Below are positions 19,236 through 29,210 of a stretch of 61,728 nucleotides of DNA, piece after piece. The position numbers and the translations under genes are program-made. Source of the stretch: Dehalococcoidia bacterium. GTDB lineage: Bacteria; Chloroflexota; Dehalococcoidia; DSTF01; RBG-16-68-14. The notes under the pieces are model-generated. The model made no database searches. It was not told the DNA's origin and saw only the letters and a program-made list of their open reading frames with translations. Location: positions 1 through 61,728 of the forward strand of contig JBBEBM010000073.1 of assembly GCA_040882355.1 (NCBI GenBank), in the 5' to 3' direction. Positions within the stretch are counted from its first letter, which is position 1. Each line of letters begins with the position of its first letter.

Positions 19236-19370
19236 GACGATTGTACCACCGCTGTCAACCGTAAAGTGAAGTTTGGGCTGTGAACTTTCGAACTATCGAA
19301 CGGCAAAGAGGGATGCCAGCGAGGCTGCTGGTTCCACGGCGCCCGTGCGCGGCTTCGGAAAGTAAGGCTG

Positions 19371-20489
19371 CTAGCGCGCTTCGACGGGCGCGGCGAGCAG
19401 TTCTTCACGGCGGCGCTGGTGCTCCCGGTCGCGCGACTTGAACTCGGGGAGCAGCTCGCTGGCGAAGAGGCGGAGCGAGCTCATGATGTCCTCGTGCTTC
19501 GTCGCGCCGGCCTGGGCGACGAAGATGATCTGGTCGATGCCCGCCGCTTCGTACGCGAGCAGCCGCTCGCGGATCGTCTTCGGCGAGCCGATGCAGCCGC
19601 CCGATTCGCTCGTCGGCGCGACCTGCGTCACCGACTCGAAGGCGCGCATGATGTCGGTGTTGCCCGGGTCGTGGCTGCTGCCGCCGGCGTAATAGTGGGC
19701 GAGCGCGTAGCCGAAGAAGCGCATCCCGGGAACGCCCTTCTCCAGCGCCTCGTCGTCGCGCGGGCAGCACATGAAGCCGGAGACGATGGCGAACTGCGCG
19801 TTCACCGCGTCGCCGATCGGCTCGCACTCCTCACGGATGATCCGGTAGTATTCCTGGCGGCGGCGGCCCGTCTCTTCGGGCCCGGCGAAGTCGAAGCCCA
19901 ACGCCCCCAGGCCAAAGCGGGCGGCGGTGAAGACGGTCTGTGGATTGGAGCAGGCGACCCAGAGGGGCGGGTGCGGCTTCTGCACCGGCTTGGGGATGAC
20001 GTTCCGCTTAGGGAAGTCGATGTACTTGCCGTGGAACTCCCACGGCTCGTCGCGGAACATGCCCACCGTGCAGCGGAGCGACTCCTCCCATTGCTCCTTC
20101 TTCGCCTCGCGATCGATGCCGAAGCCGCCCAGCTCCATCTCCGACGACGATTCGCCGGTGCCGAAGTCGATCCGCCCGTTCGAGACGATGTCGAGCGTGG
20201 CGATGCGCTCCGCCGTGCGGGCGGGGTGGTTGTAGGCGGGCGGCATGAGGGTGATGCCGTGGCCCAGGCGGATGTTGCGCGTGCGCTGGCTGGCGGCGGC
20301 GAGGAAGATCTCGGGCGCCGATGAGTGCGAGTACTCCTCCAGGAAGTGGTGCTCCACCTCCCAGACGTAGTCGTAGCCCAACTCGTCGGCCAACTCGACC
20401 TGCTCCAGCGACTGCTGGAAGATGTCGCGCTCGCTGGTCGGCCCCCAGGGCTTGGGGAGCTGCATCTCGTAAAAGATCCCGAACTTCAT
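19371..20489 (-). CDS. LLM class flavin-dependent oxidoreductase
   Basis: MKFGIFYEMQ, VEHHFLEEYSHS, PKPVQKPHPPLW. Confidence 0.93.
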   Translation of the reverse strand: MKFGIFYEMQLPKPWGPTSERDIFQQSLEQVELADELGYDYVWEVEHHFLEEYSHSSAPEIFLAAASQRTRNIRLGHGITLMPPAYNHPARTAERIATLDIVSNGRIDFGTGESSSEMELGGFGIDREAKKEQWEESLRCTVGMFRDEPWEFHGKYIDFPKRNVIPKPVQKPHPPLWVACSNPQTVFTAARFGLGALGFDFAGPEETGRRRQEYYRIIREECEPIGDAVNAQFAIVSGFMCCPRDDEALEKGVPGMRFFGYALAHYYAGGSSHDPGNTDIMRAFESVTQVAPTSESGGCIGSPKTIRERLLAYEAAGIDQIIFVAQAGATKHEDIMSSLRLFASELLPEFKSRDREHQRRREELLAAPVEAR

Positions 20490-20524
20490 GGCGCGTCCCT
20501 CATCGAACCCTAACGTGTGCGTCA

Positions 20525-20580
20525 AGGTTACGCCGCCGCGCGGGCGCTGTCAAGGGCCGATCGGACCCGTGGCCCTTGAC
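20525..20580. promoter_or_regulatory. Sigma70-like promoter for the LLM gene within an inverted repeat
   Basis: Minus strand TTGACA-17 nt-TAACCT; GTCAAGGGCC (20549-58) / GGCCCTTGAC (20571-80) inverted repeat. Confidence 0.55.
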
Positions 20581-20639
20581 GACCCAAGTCCGGCCGTCCT
20601 CTTCTCATTCCTGCCGAAAGCGAGTACACTAAGGCAAGT

Positions 20640-22130
20640 ATGGACACAAACGTTCTCTACTATGGCGACAACCTGGACGTCCTCCGCAAACACATCCCGG
20701 ACGAGTCTATCGATCTGATCTATTTGGATCCGCCCTTTAACAGCAAGCGCGATTACAATATCATCTTTCGGGAAGCAGGTGGCGAGGAGCCGGAAGCCCA
20801 GATCAAGGCCTTCGGGGATACGTGGCGATGGGACCGGGCGGCCGAGCAGGCGTACCAGGAGATCGGGAGAACAGCGCCCGGGCGAGTTGTCGACATCGTA
20901 AGAGCCATGAGGAGCGGTATCGGAGATGGTGACGTCACCGCATACCTCGTGATGATGACCATACGACTTCTGGAGTTCCACCGCGCTCTCAAGCATACAG
21001 GCAGCATGTTCCTGCACTGCGATCCGACCGCGAGTCACTATCTCAAGTTGGTGCTGGATCAGATCTTTGGACCGGGCAACTTTCAGAATGAGATCGTCTG
21101 GCATTACCGAGGTGGAGGGGTGTCTCCGCGCAGATTCGCCCGAAGGCACGACATCGTCCTATTCTATGCCAAGGGCTCCGAATGGACCTTCAACATCGAT
21201 CCCGTCAGGGAGCCGTACTCAGAGGACACCCTGGAGCGGACGAAGTACAAGGCGCGCTCGTTTCGTGGAGACAAGGTCTATGAGGCCTGGGAACCAAACC
21301 CGCTCGGCAAACATCCCGACGACGTCTGGGACCTTCAGCCAATCATGCCGTCCTCCAAGGAGCGGCTCAGCTATCCTACTCAGAAGCCCTTGGCACTGCT
21401 TGAGCGGATTGTCCTGGCTGGGTCGAATGAAGGCGATATCCTGCTCGATCCGTTCTGCGGCTGTGGCACGGCCGTGATTGCGGCGGAGAAGCTGAATCGT
21501 CAGTGGATCGGCATAGACATCACGCACCTTGCCATTACGGTGATGAAGAAGCGGCTGCGCGACAGTTTCTCCTCGATTGCGTTTGACGTTGTGGGTGAAC
21601 CCGCAGACCTGGAGAGTGCCAGAGCGCTTGCGTCGGAAGACCGCTACCAGTTCCAGTGGTGGGCGCTTAGTCTGGTGGCAGCCAAGCCTGTCGGTGACAC
21701 GGGAAAGCGCGGCGCCGACCGCGGTATCGATGGTGTCATCGACCTGCCGGAGGAGAAGGGTGCACTGGTTCGCGTGATTGTGTCAGTGAAGAGCGGGCAT
21801 GTGAGTGTTACCCAGATACGCGACCTCAAGGGCGTGCTGGAGCGAGAGAAGGCGGCAATGGGTCTCTTTGTAACGCTTGAGGCTCCCACGGGGCCAATGA
21901 AACGCGAAGCAGCAGGCGCGGGCTTCTATCATTCAGGGTTGTGGCAGAAGGATTATCCAAAGCTACAGATCCTTACCGTTGAGGCTCTCTTGGGCGGCGA
22001 GGCGCCGGACCTACCGCCGTTTGTCCTGCCAGCCTACAACGATGCCGGCAAAGTCTCTAAGGGGAAGACGCGTCAGATACGATTGGGTGAAGCGTTGGTC
22101 GAGTACGAAGGCGCAGAGGTATCACCATGA
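20640..22130 (+). CDS. N4/N6 DNA methyltransferase fused to a C-terminal Mrr-like endonuclease domain
   Basis: IYLDPPF, YPTQKP, LDPFCGCGT (beta-class order); C-terminal DRGIDG...IVSVKSG; visibly lower GC. Confidence 0.88.
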   Translation: MDTNVLYYGDNLDVLRKHIPDESIDLIYLDPPFNSKRDYNIIFREAGGEEPEAQIKAFGDTWRWDRAAEQAYQEIGRTAPGRVVDIVRAMRSGIGDGDVTAYLVMMTIRLLEFHRALKHTGSMFLHCDPTASHYLKLVLDQIFGPGNFQNEIVWHYRGGGVSPRRFARRHDIVLFYAKGSEWTFNIDPVREPYSEDTLERTKYKARSFRGDKVYEAWEPNPLGKHPDDVWDLQPIMPSSKERLSYPTQKPLALLERIVLAGSNEGDILLDPFCGCGTAVIAAEKLNRQWIGIDITHLAITVMKKRLRDSFSSIAFDVVGEPADLESARALASEDRYQFQWWALSLVAAKPVGDTGKRGADRGIDGVIDLPEEKGALVRVIVSVKSGHVSVTQIRDLKGVLEREKAAMGLFVTLEAPTGPMKREAAGAGFYHSGLWQKDYPKLQILTVEALLGGEAPDLPPFVLPAYNDAGKVSKGKTRQIRLGEALVEYEGAEVSP

Positions 22131-23407
22131 CCACCACCGCAATCGATCTGCGCGCGATGGGCCAGCGGGCCAAGGACGCCGCCCGGCGCCTCGCCACGCT
22201 GGGCACGGACGTGAAGGACCGCGCGCTGCTCGGCATCGCCGACGCGTTAGTCGAGCATCAGGACGAGGTGCTGCGGGCGAACCAGCACGACATGCAGGCC
22301 GCCCACGAGGCCGGCGTCACCGGCTACATCCTGGACCGTCTGCTCCTCACGCCCGAGCGCCTCGAAGCGATCGCGGCCGACGTGCGCAACGTCGCGTCGC
22401 TGCCGGACCCTGTCGGCGAGGGCTTCGAGCAACGGACGCTGGCCAACGGGCTCGTCGCCGGCAAGGTGCGGGTGCCGCTGGGCGTCATCGCCTGTATTTA
22501 CGAGGCGCGGCCCAACGTCACCGTCGACATCGCCTCGCTGTCGCTCAAGGCGGGCAACGCGACCGTGCTGCGCGGCGGCAAGGAGGCGTTCCACTCGAAC
22601 AGCACGCTCGCGCGCACGATCTCGCGCGCCGCGACCGAGGCGGGCGTCCCCGAGGACGCGATCCAGTTCGTCGACTCGACCGACCGCGCGCTCGTCGGCG
22701 AGCTGCTTTCGATGCGCGAGTACATCGACCTGATGGTGCCGCGCGGCGGCGGGCTGATCGACTTCGTGCTGGAGCACGCGAAGATGCCGGTGCTGATCGG
22801 CGGCGTTGGGGTCTGTCATACGTACGTCGACGCGTCCGCCGACATCGAGAAGGCGGTCGACATTGCCGACAACGCGAAGACGCGCCGTCACACGATCTGT
22901 AACGCGCTCGACACGCTGCTCGTCCACCGCGACGCCGCCGCGGCGTTCCTGCCGCGCATGGCGCAGCGCTGGGCCGAGAAGGGCGTCGAGATGCGCTGCG
23001 ACCCGCTCGCTCTCGATATCGTCTCGCGGGCGCAGGCGCCGGGCCTGGCGGCGAACGCCGCCGAGCCGGACGACTACGGCAAAGAGCACCTCGCGCTCGT
23101 CGCGACGGTAAAGGTCGTCGACTCGCTCGACGAGGCGCTCGACCTGATCTTTCGCTACGGCACCGGCCACTCGGACGCCATCGTCACCGAGGACTACTCG
23201 GCGTCGCGGCGCTTCGTGCAGGAAGTGGACAGCGCCGTCGTCTACGTGAACGCCTCGACACAGTTCACGGACGGCGCCCAGTTCGGCCTGGGCGCGGAGA
23301 TCATCGACTCCACGGGCAAGTTCCACGCGCGGGGCCCGGTCGGCCTGCGCGAAATCACGACCTACAAATGGGTGGTGCTGGGCAGCGGCCAGATCCGGGC
23401 GAAGTAG
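22127..23407 (+). CDS. proA: Gamma-glutamyl phosphate reductase
   Basis: PLGVIACIYEARPNVT, LRGGKEA, CNALDTLLVH, NASTQFTDG. Confidence 0.96.
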   Translation: MTTTAIDLRAMGQRAKDAARRLATLGTDVKDRALLGIADALVEHQDEVLRANQHDMQAAHEAGVTGYILDRLLLTPERLEAIAADVRNVASLPDPVGEGFEQRTLANGLVAGKVRVPLGVIACIYEARPNVTVDIASLSLKAGNATVLRGGKEAFHSNSTLARTISRAATEAGVPEDAIQFVDSTDRALVGELLSMREYIDLMVPRGGGLIDFVLEHAKMPVLIGGVGVCHTYVDASADIEKAVDIADNAKTRRHTICNALDTLLVHRDAAAAFLPRMAQRWAEKGVEMRCDPLALDIVSRAQAPGLAANAAEPDDYGKEHLALVATVKVVDSLDEALDLIFRYGTGHSDAIVTEDYSASRRFVQEVDSAVVYVNASTQFTDGAQFGLGAEIIDSTGKFHARGPVGLREITTYKWVVLGSGQIRAK

Positions 23408-23421
23408 CCGCCTCGCCTGGC

Positions 23422-23979
23422 ATGGATCCGCCGGTCACCACCCAAGACTTCCTTCGCCTCGTCGACGACGCGCACGCTGAGATGAGGGCGGCCATCGCAG
23501 CTATCCCGGAAGACACGCTCACCACGCCCGGCACGCTCGGCGAATGGAGCGCCCGAGACGTCATCGCGCACGTCGGCGCGGACGAGATGTGGATGGCGGG
23601 CCAGCTCGAAGCGCTGCAGGCGGGCGAGCAGCCGACGGCGCTGTCGTGCTACGGCTCGGACGAGCCGCTGCCGGAGGGCGCCGACCTAATCACGCAGGAC
23701 GGGCGAAACGCCTGGCAGCGCGAGCGCCTCCGCGGCCTCTCGCTCGATGAAGTGCGAGGGAAGGCGGCGGAGGGCCATGCGAGACTCATTGCGGTCATCG
23801 AGTCGTTCTCCGACAAGCAGCTCGCTGAGGAACTGGCGATCGCGAATCTCGGCACCCAAGGCTGGATGCGGCGCCCCCAAGCGGGCGAGTCCGGCTGGGC
23901 GCTCTGGGAATGGCTGCGCGGCGTCACCTACCATCACTACGCCGACCACACGGAAGCGCTGCGCGCGCTGCAGGAGTGA
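23422..23979 (+). CDS. DinB-like protein
   Basis: GEWSARDVIAH ... HHYADH. Confidence 0.8.
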   Translation: MDPPVTTQDFLRLVDDAHAEMRAAIAAIPEDTLTTPGTLGEWSARDVIAHVGADEMWMAGQLEALQAGEQPTALSCYGSDEPLPEGADLITQDGRNAWQRERLRGLSLDEVRGKAAEGHARLIAVIESFSDKQLAEELAIANLGTQGWMRRPQAGESGWALWEWLRGVTYHHYADHTEALRALQE

Positions 23980-24043
23980 CTCGCCGCGTTAGCTCTGTGG
24001 CGCCCTCGATCCCAGCACGCGGCCTCGCTACACTGGGCGCGTC

Positions 24044-24493
24044 ATGCTGAAGTGCCCTCGAGACCAGACAGAGCTTGTCGCCGAGCGCCACAGCGACATC
24101 GAAGTGGACCGCTGCCCGCAGTGCAACGGCCGCTGGCTGGACCACCACGAGCTCGACCTGCTGGAGGCGAAGGCGGCCCCGGAAGAAGGCGACCGCCGCG
24201 CCACCATCGAGTATGCCAAGCACACGAGCGAGCTGGCCTGCCCTGCCTGCGGCAAGCAGATGCGCGCCTTCAACTATCGCGCCTACAACCTGGAGCTGGA
24301 CACCTGTGAGGATGAGCACGGCTTCTGGCTGGACGCGGGCGAGGAAGGCCGGGTGGGAGACATCATGGAAGAGCGCGTGCAAGGATTGGCCCGCGCCGCC
24401 ACGGCTGAAGAGGCCTGGGCGGGCTTCCTGGGGCGCATTGGGCGCAAGTCGGTCTGGGACAACATCAAGGGCATGTTCGGCGGGAAGCGCTAG
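24044..24493 (+). CDS. Double zf-TFIIB-like zinc ribbon protein
   Basis: CPRD..VDRCPQCNGRWLDHHEL and CPAC..LDTC..HGFWLDAGE. Confidence 0.85.
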   Translation: MLKCPRDQTELVAERHSDIEVDRCPQCNGRWLDHHELDLLEAKAAPEEGDRRATIEYAKHTSELACPACGKQMRAFNYRAYNLELDTCEDEHGFWLDAGEEGRVGDIMEERVQGLARAATAEEAWAGFLGRIGRKSVWDNIKGMFGGKR

Positions 24494-24578
24494 CCCCCTG
24501 GTCTGCTTTCCGGCACAATAGTTACGAACGTCGCTCTCCCGGGCCGTAGCAGGCCTCGGGACGAGAAAGGAGCTGACC

Positions 24579-24926
24579 GTGCCCCGCTACGAGTTCGAAC
24601 GCGAGTCCCGCACGCCCACTTCGGAGGCGTTCATCGTCCAGGTCGACGAGCAGGAGGTCGGCCGCGTCGATGTCCACTACGGGTCCGACATCGCCCACGC
24701 CACCCTCTGCGTGCCCGAGGAGTTCTCTGAGGACGACATCCAGGACCTGATCGCCGAGGTTGATGAGCGGCTCGTGATGAGCGCCCAGCCCTTCCGTGAT
24801 GACTTCGTGGTCACCGTCTGGCTCGGCCGCCAGGCGGGCGTCTACTCGGAGGACTTCGAAGAGGAGTTCGAGGAGCCGCTGGAAGAGGAGCTGGAGGGCA
24901 ACGGCCACCACCGCAAGCAGCCCTAG
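24579..24926 (+). CDS. Hypothetical acidic protein
   Basis: AAGGAG + GTG; strong host codon bias. Confidence 0.8.
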   Translation: MPRYEFERESRTPTSEAFIVQVDEQEVGRVDVHYGSDIAHATLCVPEEFSEDDIQDLIAEVDERLVMSAQPFRDDFVVTVWLGRQAGVYSEDFEEEFEEPLEEELEGNGHHRKQP

Positions 24927-24938
24927 GGAGGGCGTCGC

Positions 24939-25271
24939 ATGGTCAAGATGATCTACGTCTTCACGCGCAAGCCTGATCTGTCGGTCGAGGAGTTCCAGCG
25001 CTACTGGCGCGAGACGCACGCGCCGATCGCTGCGCGCATCCCCGGAGTCCGTCGCTACGTACAGTGTCACGTCCTGCCCGAGCTGTACGCCCGCGAGAAC
25101 GCGCCTCCGTACGACGGCGCGGCCGAGGTCTGGTTCGACGACATGGACGCCCTGCGCGCCGCGTTTCGCTCGCCGGAGGTGCAGGCCGCCCGAGAAGACG
25201 AGAAGAACTTCATCGACCACAGCAACGCGTTCCTGATCGTCACCGAAGAAAACGTCGTGGTAAACGACTGA
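24939..25271 (+). CDS. EthD family protein
   Basis: RKPDLSVEEFQRYWRETHAP, YDGAAEVWFD. Confidence 0.9.
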   Translation: MVKMIYVFTRKPDLSVEEFQRYWRETHAPIAARIPGVRRYVQCHVLPELYARENAPPYDGAAEVWFDDMDALRAAFRSPEVQAAREDEKNFIDHSNAFLIVTEENVVVND

Positions 25272-25372
25272 AGGCGGAAGGGCGGTTGCCGCAGCGTGAT
25301 GCACGATGGGCGCCGTCGGTCGCAGGCGGGCACGAGCAAATCAGCGACTAACAACCAGCGACCGGCAACCGC

Positions 25373-26209
25373 CTACCCCATCGGGTTCCCGCCGTTCACG
25401 TTCAGTGTCTGGCCGGTGATCCAGGAGGCGTCGTCGGAGCAGAGGAAGGCGACGGCGGCGGCGATGTCGTTCGGCGCGCCCTGACGGCCGAGCGGAATGG
25501 CGTGGGGGACGGCGCCCTTGACCTGCTCGAACTGGAGGCCCATGCGGCGCGCCATCCGGCCGAACGTGTCGTCCATCATGTCGGTGTCGACTGACCCGGG
25601 CGCGATGCAGTTCACCGTAATCCGCTGACTCGCCAGCTCCTGGGCGAGCTGTTGCGTCAGGCCGACGACGCCGAACTTCGTCGCGGAGTAGGCGCCGTAG
25701 TAGGCCATGCCCACCCGGCCGGCGGTCGACGAGATGTTGACGATGCGCCCGCTGCGCTTCGCCGCCAGCATCGCCAGGATGGCCGCGCGGCAGCACTGGT
25801 AGACGCCGTTCAGGTTCACGTCGATGACGTGGTACCACTCTGCTTCGTCGATCTCCCAGAGCGCGCGGTCGCCCGTGTACGACTTGCCCGCGTTGTTCAC
25901 GAGTACGTCGATGCGGCCGAAGGCGTCGAGCGCGACCTGCGCCAGCCTGTCCGTGTCCGCTCGCTTCGTCACGTCCGCCTCGACGGCGACGCCACGGCGT
26001 CCGGCTCGCTCGACCTCCTCGACCACAGACGCTAGGCCGCGCCAGCCGGCGGCGCGTTCCTCCTCAGGGAACGACTCGGGCGGTCGGGCGGTGCCGCTCA
26101 CGACAACGTCGCAGCCCTCACGGGCCAGCCGGAGCGCGATCCCGCGCCCGATGCCGCGCAGCCTCGCCGCGCCCGTGACGATCGCTACTTTGCCGGTGAG
26201 ACCTTCCAT
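25373..26209 (-). CDS. SDR family oxidoreductase
   Basis: TGAARLRGIG, NNAG, YSATK. Confidence 0.92.
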   Translation of the reverse strand: MEGLTGKVAIVTGAARLRGIGRGIALRLAREGCDVVVSGTARPPESFPEEERAAGWRGLASVVEEVERAGRRGVAVEADVTKRADTDRLAQVALDAFGRIDVLVNNAGKSYTGDRALWEIDEAEWYHVIDVNLNGVYQCCRAAILAMLAAKRSGRIVNISSTAGRVGMAYYGAYSATKFGVVGLTQQLAQELASQRITVNCIAPGSVDTDMMDDTFGRMARRMGLQFEQVKGAVPHAIPLGRQGAPNDIAAAVAFLCSDDASWITGQTLNVNGGNPMG

Positions 26210-26330
26210 GTCAACGGATGATAGCGGATGGGCCCGCAATGGTCAGGGCGTTCGGATCGACGGCAGCGGCGCCAAACGGATGAACGAATGGCGAGGCAGG
26301 TCCTCGATGCGCCATCCGCTCATCCGTTAC

Positions 26331-27272
26331 TCATCCGCTGACCGACTCATCGTGCCAGGGACCGCGATAGCGGCCGTCGTCCGGCTCCAGGTGGATCGTA
26401 ACCGTAGCCTCCGGCAGTAGCGCGCAGATCTCCTGCTCCACGCAATCGCAGATGTCGTGCGCGGCTGCGACGGACTGTTCTGGATCGACCAGCAGGTGCA
26501 GGTCGATGTAGCGATGGCGTCCGGCCTTCCTCGTGCGGAGATCGTGGTAGCCGCGCACCCCCTTGCCCCGCAGCTCGCGCAAGCACGCCTCCACGACCTG
26601 CTCTTCGGTTTCCGGCAGGCGCACGTCCATGATCTCGTCCAGGGCGGTGGTGAAGACCTGCGCTGCTGTCCAGAAGAGGAAGACGGCAAGTCCGAGCGCC
26701 ACGATCGGGTCGAAGATGACGCTGCCCGTCATGGCGACGAGTCCGAGCGCCACGATAACCGCGCTGGCTTGGGCGACGTTGGTCCAGAGATGACGCGTGT
26801 CGGCGCGGAGCGCCGGCGATCCCGTGAGACGCGCCGCCCGGCCCACGTAGAGCGCCACGCCCACGTTCACCACCGCCGTCACCGCCAGCGCAACAAGCGC
26901 CGGCCCGGTGTTGATGTCGGCGTCGCGGTCGATCAGGCGGAGCACGGCCTGGTAGACGATGTAGCCGGCGCCCCCGGCGATGAGCAGCGCCTGCGCCGCC
27001 GCGGCGATGCTCTCCGCCTTGCCGTGCCCGTATGGGTGCTCTTCGTCTGCCGGGCTGCTGGCGAGACGAATGCTGATGAACGCGAAGCACGACGCGACGG
27101 CGTCTTCGGCGCTGTCGATGCCGTCGGAGAGCACCGCGATGCTGCCCGTGAGCGCTCCGACGGAGAGCTTGAGCGCCATGAGCGTCAAGTTCGAGGTGAA
27201 GGCGAGCGCCGCGGCGCGGGATGCCAGGTCGGAGCGAAAGGCGAAGAGGCGGTTGAAGGCGTTCGCGGCCAT
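26331..27272 (-). CDS. Cation diffusion facilitator (FieF-like)
   Basis: PADEEHPYGHGKAE, HDLRTR, IHLEP. Confidence 0.93.
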   Translation of the reverse strand: MAANAFNRLFAFRSDLASRAAALAFTSNLTLMALKLSVGALTGSIAVLSDGIDSAEDAVASCFAFISIRLASSPADEEHPYGHGKAESIAAAAQALLIAGGAGYIVYQAVLRLIDRDADINTGPALVALAVTAVVNVGVALYVGRAARLTGSPALRADTRHLWTNVAQASAVIVALGLVAMTGSVIFDPIVALGLAVFLFWTAAQVFTTALDEIMDVRLPETEEQVVEACLRELRGKGVRGYHDLRTRKAGRHRYIDLHLLVDPEQSVAAAHDICDCVEQEICALLPEATVTIHLEPDDGRYRGPWHDESVSG

Positions 27273-27281
27273 GATGCAGGC

Positions 27282-28337
27282 CTACGAGGCGTCCGGCATC
27301 GACTCCGCTCCTGCCACGGGCTGGGCGGGAGGCGTCAGAGGCTCGACCGCAAGGTCCGGGCCCGGCTCGGCGGTTGCCACCGCATCAAGCGAGAGGCGGC
27401 GGCTCAAGATCGCGAAGGCGATCAACCCGACGATTACCCCGAACCACAGTGTGCCGAAACGGATGATGAGCGTGCCCACGGCCGCCGAGCTCCGGCTCAG
27501 GTCGAGCAGCGCTACCGAGAGCCCAGTGATCGACGCCTCAGCAACGCCCAGGCCGCCTGGAGTGAGCAGGACGGCGCTCGCAAGCGTGGCGATCGGCAGG
27601 ATGAACGCGGACTCCAGGAGCAGCTCGCCGTTGCCCTCGAGCCCAAGTCCAAGAAGCGTGACGTAGAACGCGAGCACCTCGGAGAACCACGAGATCGTGC
27701 TCAGCGCGACCATCGCTAGGACTGCGGTCGGGCTGAGCAGGACGTACGTCGACTCGTAGAACTCTTCGAGCTGCGGGGCGAAGCGCCCCAGGACCGGCAT
27801 GCGGTGCGCCACGCGGAGCAGGCCCGTCGCCGTCGGCCGGTGGCGCACCACGACGATAAAGAGGAGGCAGCCCAGCGCCACGGCGACGAAGACCTGCCAG
27901 AAGTTGCCGAAGACGAGCACGCCCGCGCTCGCGATGATCACCAGGGCGATACTGTCGGCGAGCCGCTCGGCGATAATGATCGGCGCCGAGCGGACGATGG
28001 GCGTGCCGTGCACCTCGCGCAGCAGGTAGCACTTGAGCCACTCCCCAACCTTGCCCGGCGTGATCACCATGCCCAGGCCCGAGAGGTAGATGAGCAGGCT
28101 GTCGCGCTTGGCCAGGCCCCGTACACCGATCAAGCGCAAGTAGTACTCCCACTTCACGAAGCGCAGAACGTAGTTCACGGATGTAAGGCCCAGGATCAGC
28201 GGCAGGAGTGCCCAGTTGAAGTCCTCCAGGCTCGTCAGCAGATCGCTGAAGTCGGCATAGAAAGAGAGCCCGGCGAAGACGACGATACCCAGGAGGAGGG
28301 AGAGGAGGAGCTTGCCGCGCAGGTTCTGAACGTTCAC
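27282..28337 (-). CDS. Lysylphosphatidylglycerol synthase TM / flippase-like protein
   Basis: TPGKVGE, ERLAD, PGGLGVAE. Confidence 0.88.
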   Translation of the reverse strand: MNVQNLRGKLLLSLLLGIVVFAGLSFYADFSDLLTSLEDFNWALLPLILGLTSVNYVLRFVKWEYYLRLIGVRGLAKRDSLLIYLSGLGMVITPGKVGEWLKCYLLREVHGTPIVRSAPIIIAERLADSIALVIIASAGVLVFGNFWQVFVAVALGCLLFIVVVRHRPTATGLLRVAHRMPVLGRFAPQLEEFYESTYVLLSPTAVLAMVALSTISWFSEVLAFYVTLLGLGLEGNGELLLESAFILPIATLASAVLLTPGGLGVAEASITGLSVALLDLSRSSAAVGTLIIRFGTLWFGVIVGLIAFAILSRRLSLDAVATAEPGPDLAVEPLTPPAQPVAGAESMPDAS

Positions 28338-28464
28338 ACCGTCCCCATACTATAGCGCCGCGACGCAGTTCGTAGGCTAGCGAAAGGTTCAGATACGCCG
28401 TGGGAGGCCGATCATACTCTCGGAGGAGCTTGTGGCGAAGCTAATGGTTAACGAAGCTAAGCTT

Positions 28465-28959
28465 ATGGCCGAGCGCGAGCCGCTGGGGCGCCTCGTGTTC
28501 ATCCGCTGCTGCCGCCTGCTGACGGCCGGCACCGCAGTGGCTGGACTGGTCATGATCGTCGTCACGACCGTGGGCGCGCCCGACCTCTGGGCGTCGTTTC
28601 TCTGGAACACGCTCTTTCTCGCCGTCCCAACGATGCTCTTCACCTCGTTCTTCGGCGCCATGACCGCCATCTCCTCGGACCTGCGGCTGTCCTGGCAGCG
28701 AATTGCCCGAGACTTCGCGGTCGGCCTGGCCGGCGCGCTCGCCGTCCCGCTCGGCGTAATGTTCGTCTTCTTCCAGGGCGCCATAACGCCGACGGCGGGC
28801 CTCTACTTCCTCATCGGCCTCGGGACCCACTACGTGCTCTGGAGGGACCTCCGGGCGATCTCCCGGCCGGCTGCGGATGCCAGCCTCGAGCCGGCCGGCG
28901 CTCCTGAAGCCGTCGATGGCGCCGCGATACTCACCGAGAGCGACTCGGCGGTAGCCTAG
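28465..28959 (+). CDS. Hypothetical membrane protein (about 4 TM)
   Basis: Hydrophobic ORF; start uncertain. Confidence 0.6.
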   Translation: MAEREPLGRLVFIRCCRLLTAGTAVAGLVMIVVTTVGAPDLWASFLWNTLFLAVPTMLFTSFFGAMTAISSDLRLSWQRIARDFAVGLAGALAVPLGVMFVFFQGAITPTAGLYFLIGLGTHYVLWRDLRAISRPAADASLEPAGAPEAVDGAAILTESDSAVA

Positions 28960-29155
28960 TCTCGCGCTTCGTACCTACTTCCCAGACTTAGATGGGCGCG
29001 GCCGCGTGCCGGGTGTGCTCGTGTGAGTACATCCACCAGTCTAGCTCGCCAACGTGCTGCGGCACGTACCGCTTCTCGCGCCGCCAGCTCTCGCGCACGA
29101 TTGCCTGCATCAGGCCCAGGTCGCCGGCGTCTTCGTAGGGTCGTGAGGTGAGCAT
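28960..29155 (-). pseudogene. Truncated GNAT-like N-terminal fragment
   Basis: Manual translation MLTSRPYEDAGDLGLMQAIVRESW...HVGELDWWMY...API*VWEVG. Confidence 0.5.
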
Positions 29156-29210
29156 CTTGCGAACTCACTAGTGGCGTCGGGCGCTGACAGCCCAACCTAC
29201 GGGGAGTTGG

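Noticed and set aside
19109..19248. Canonical cobalamin riboswitch
   Set aside because: Expected GGGAA, GCCCCCGCAACTGT and B12-box motifs not found; kept only as an unknown RNA candidate.
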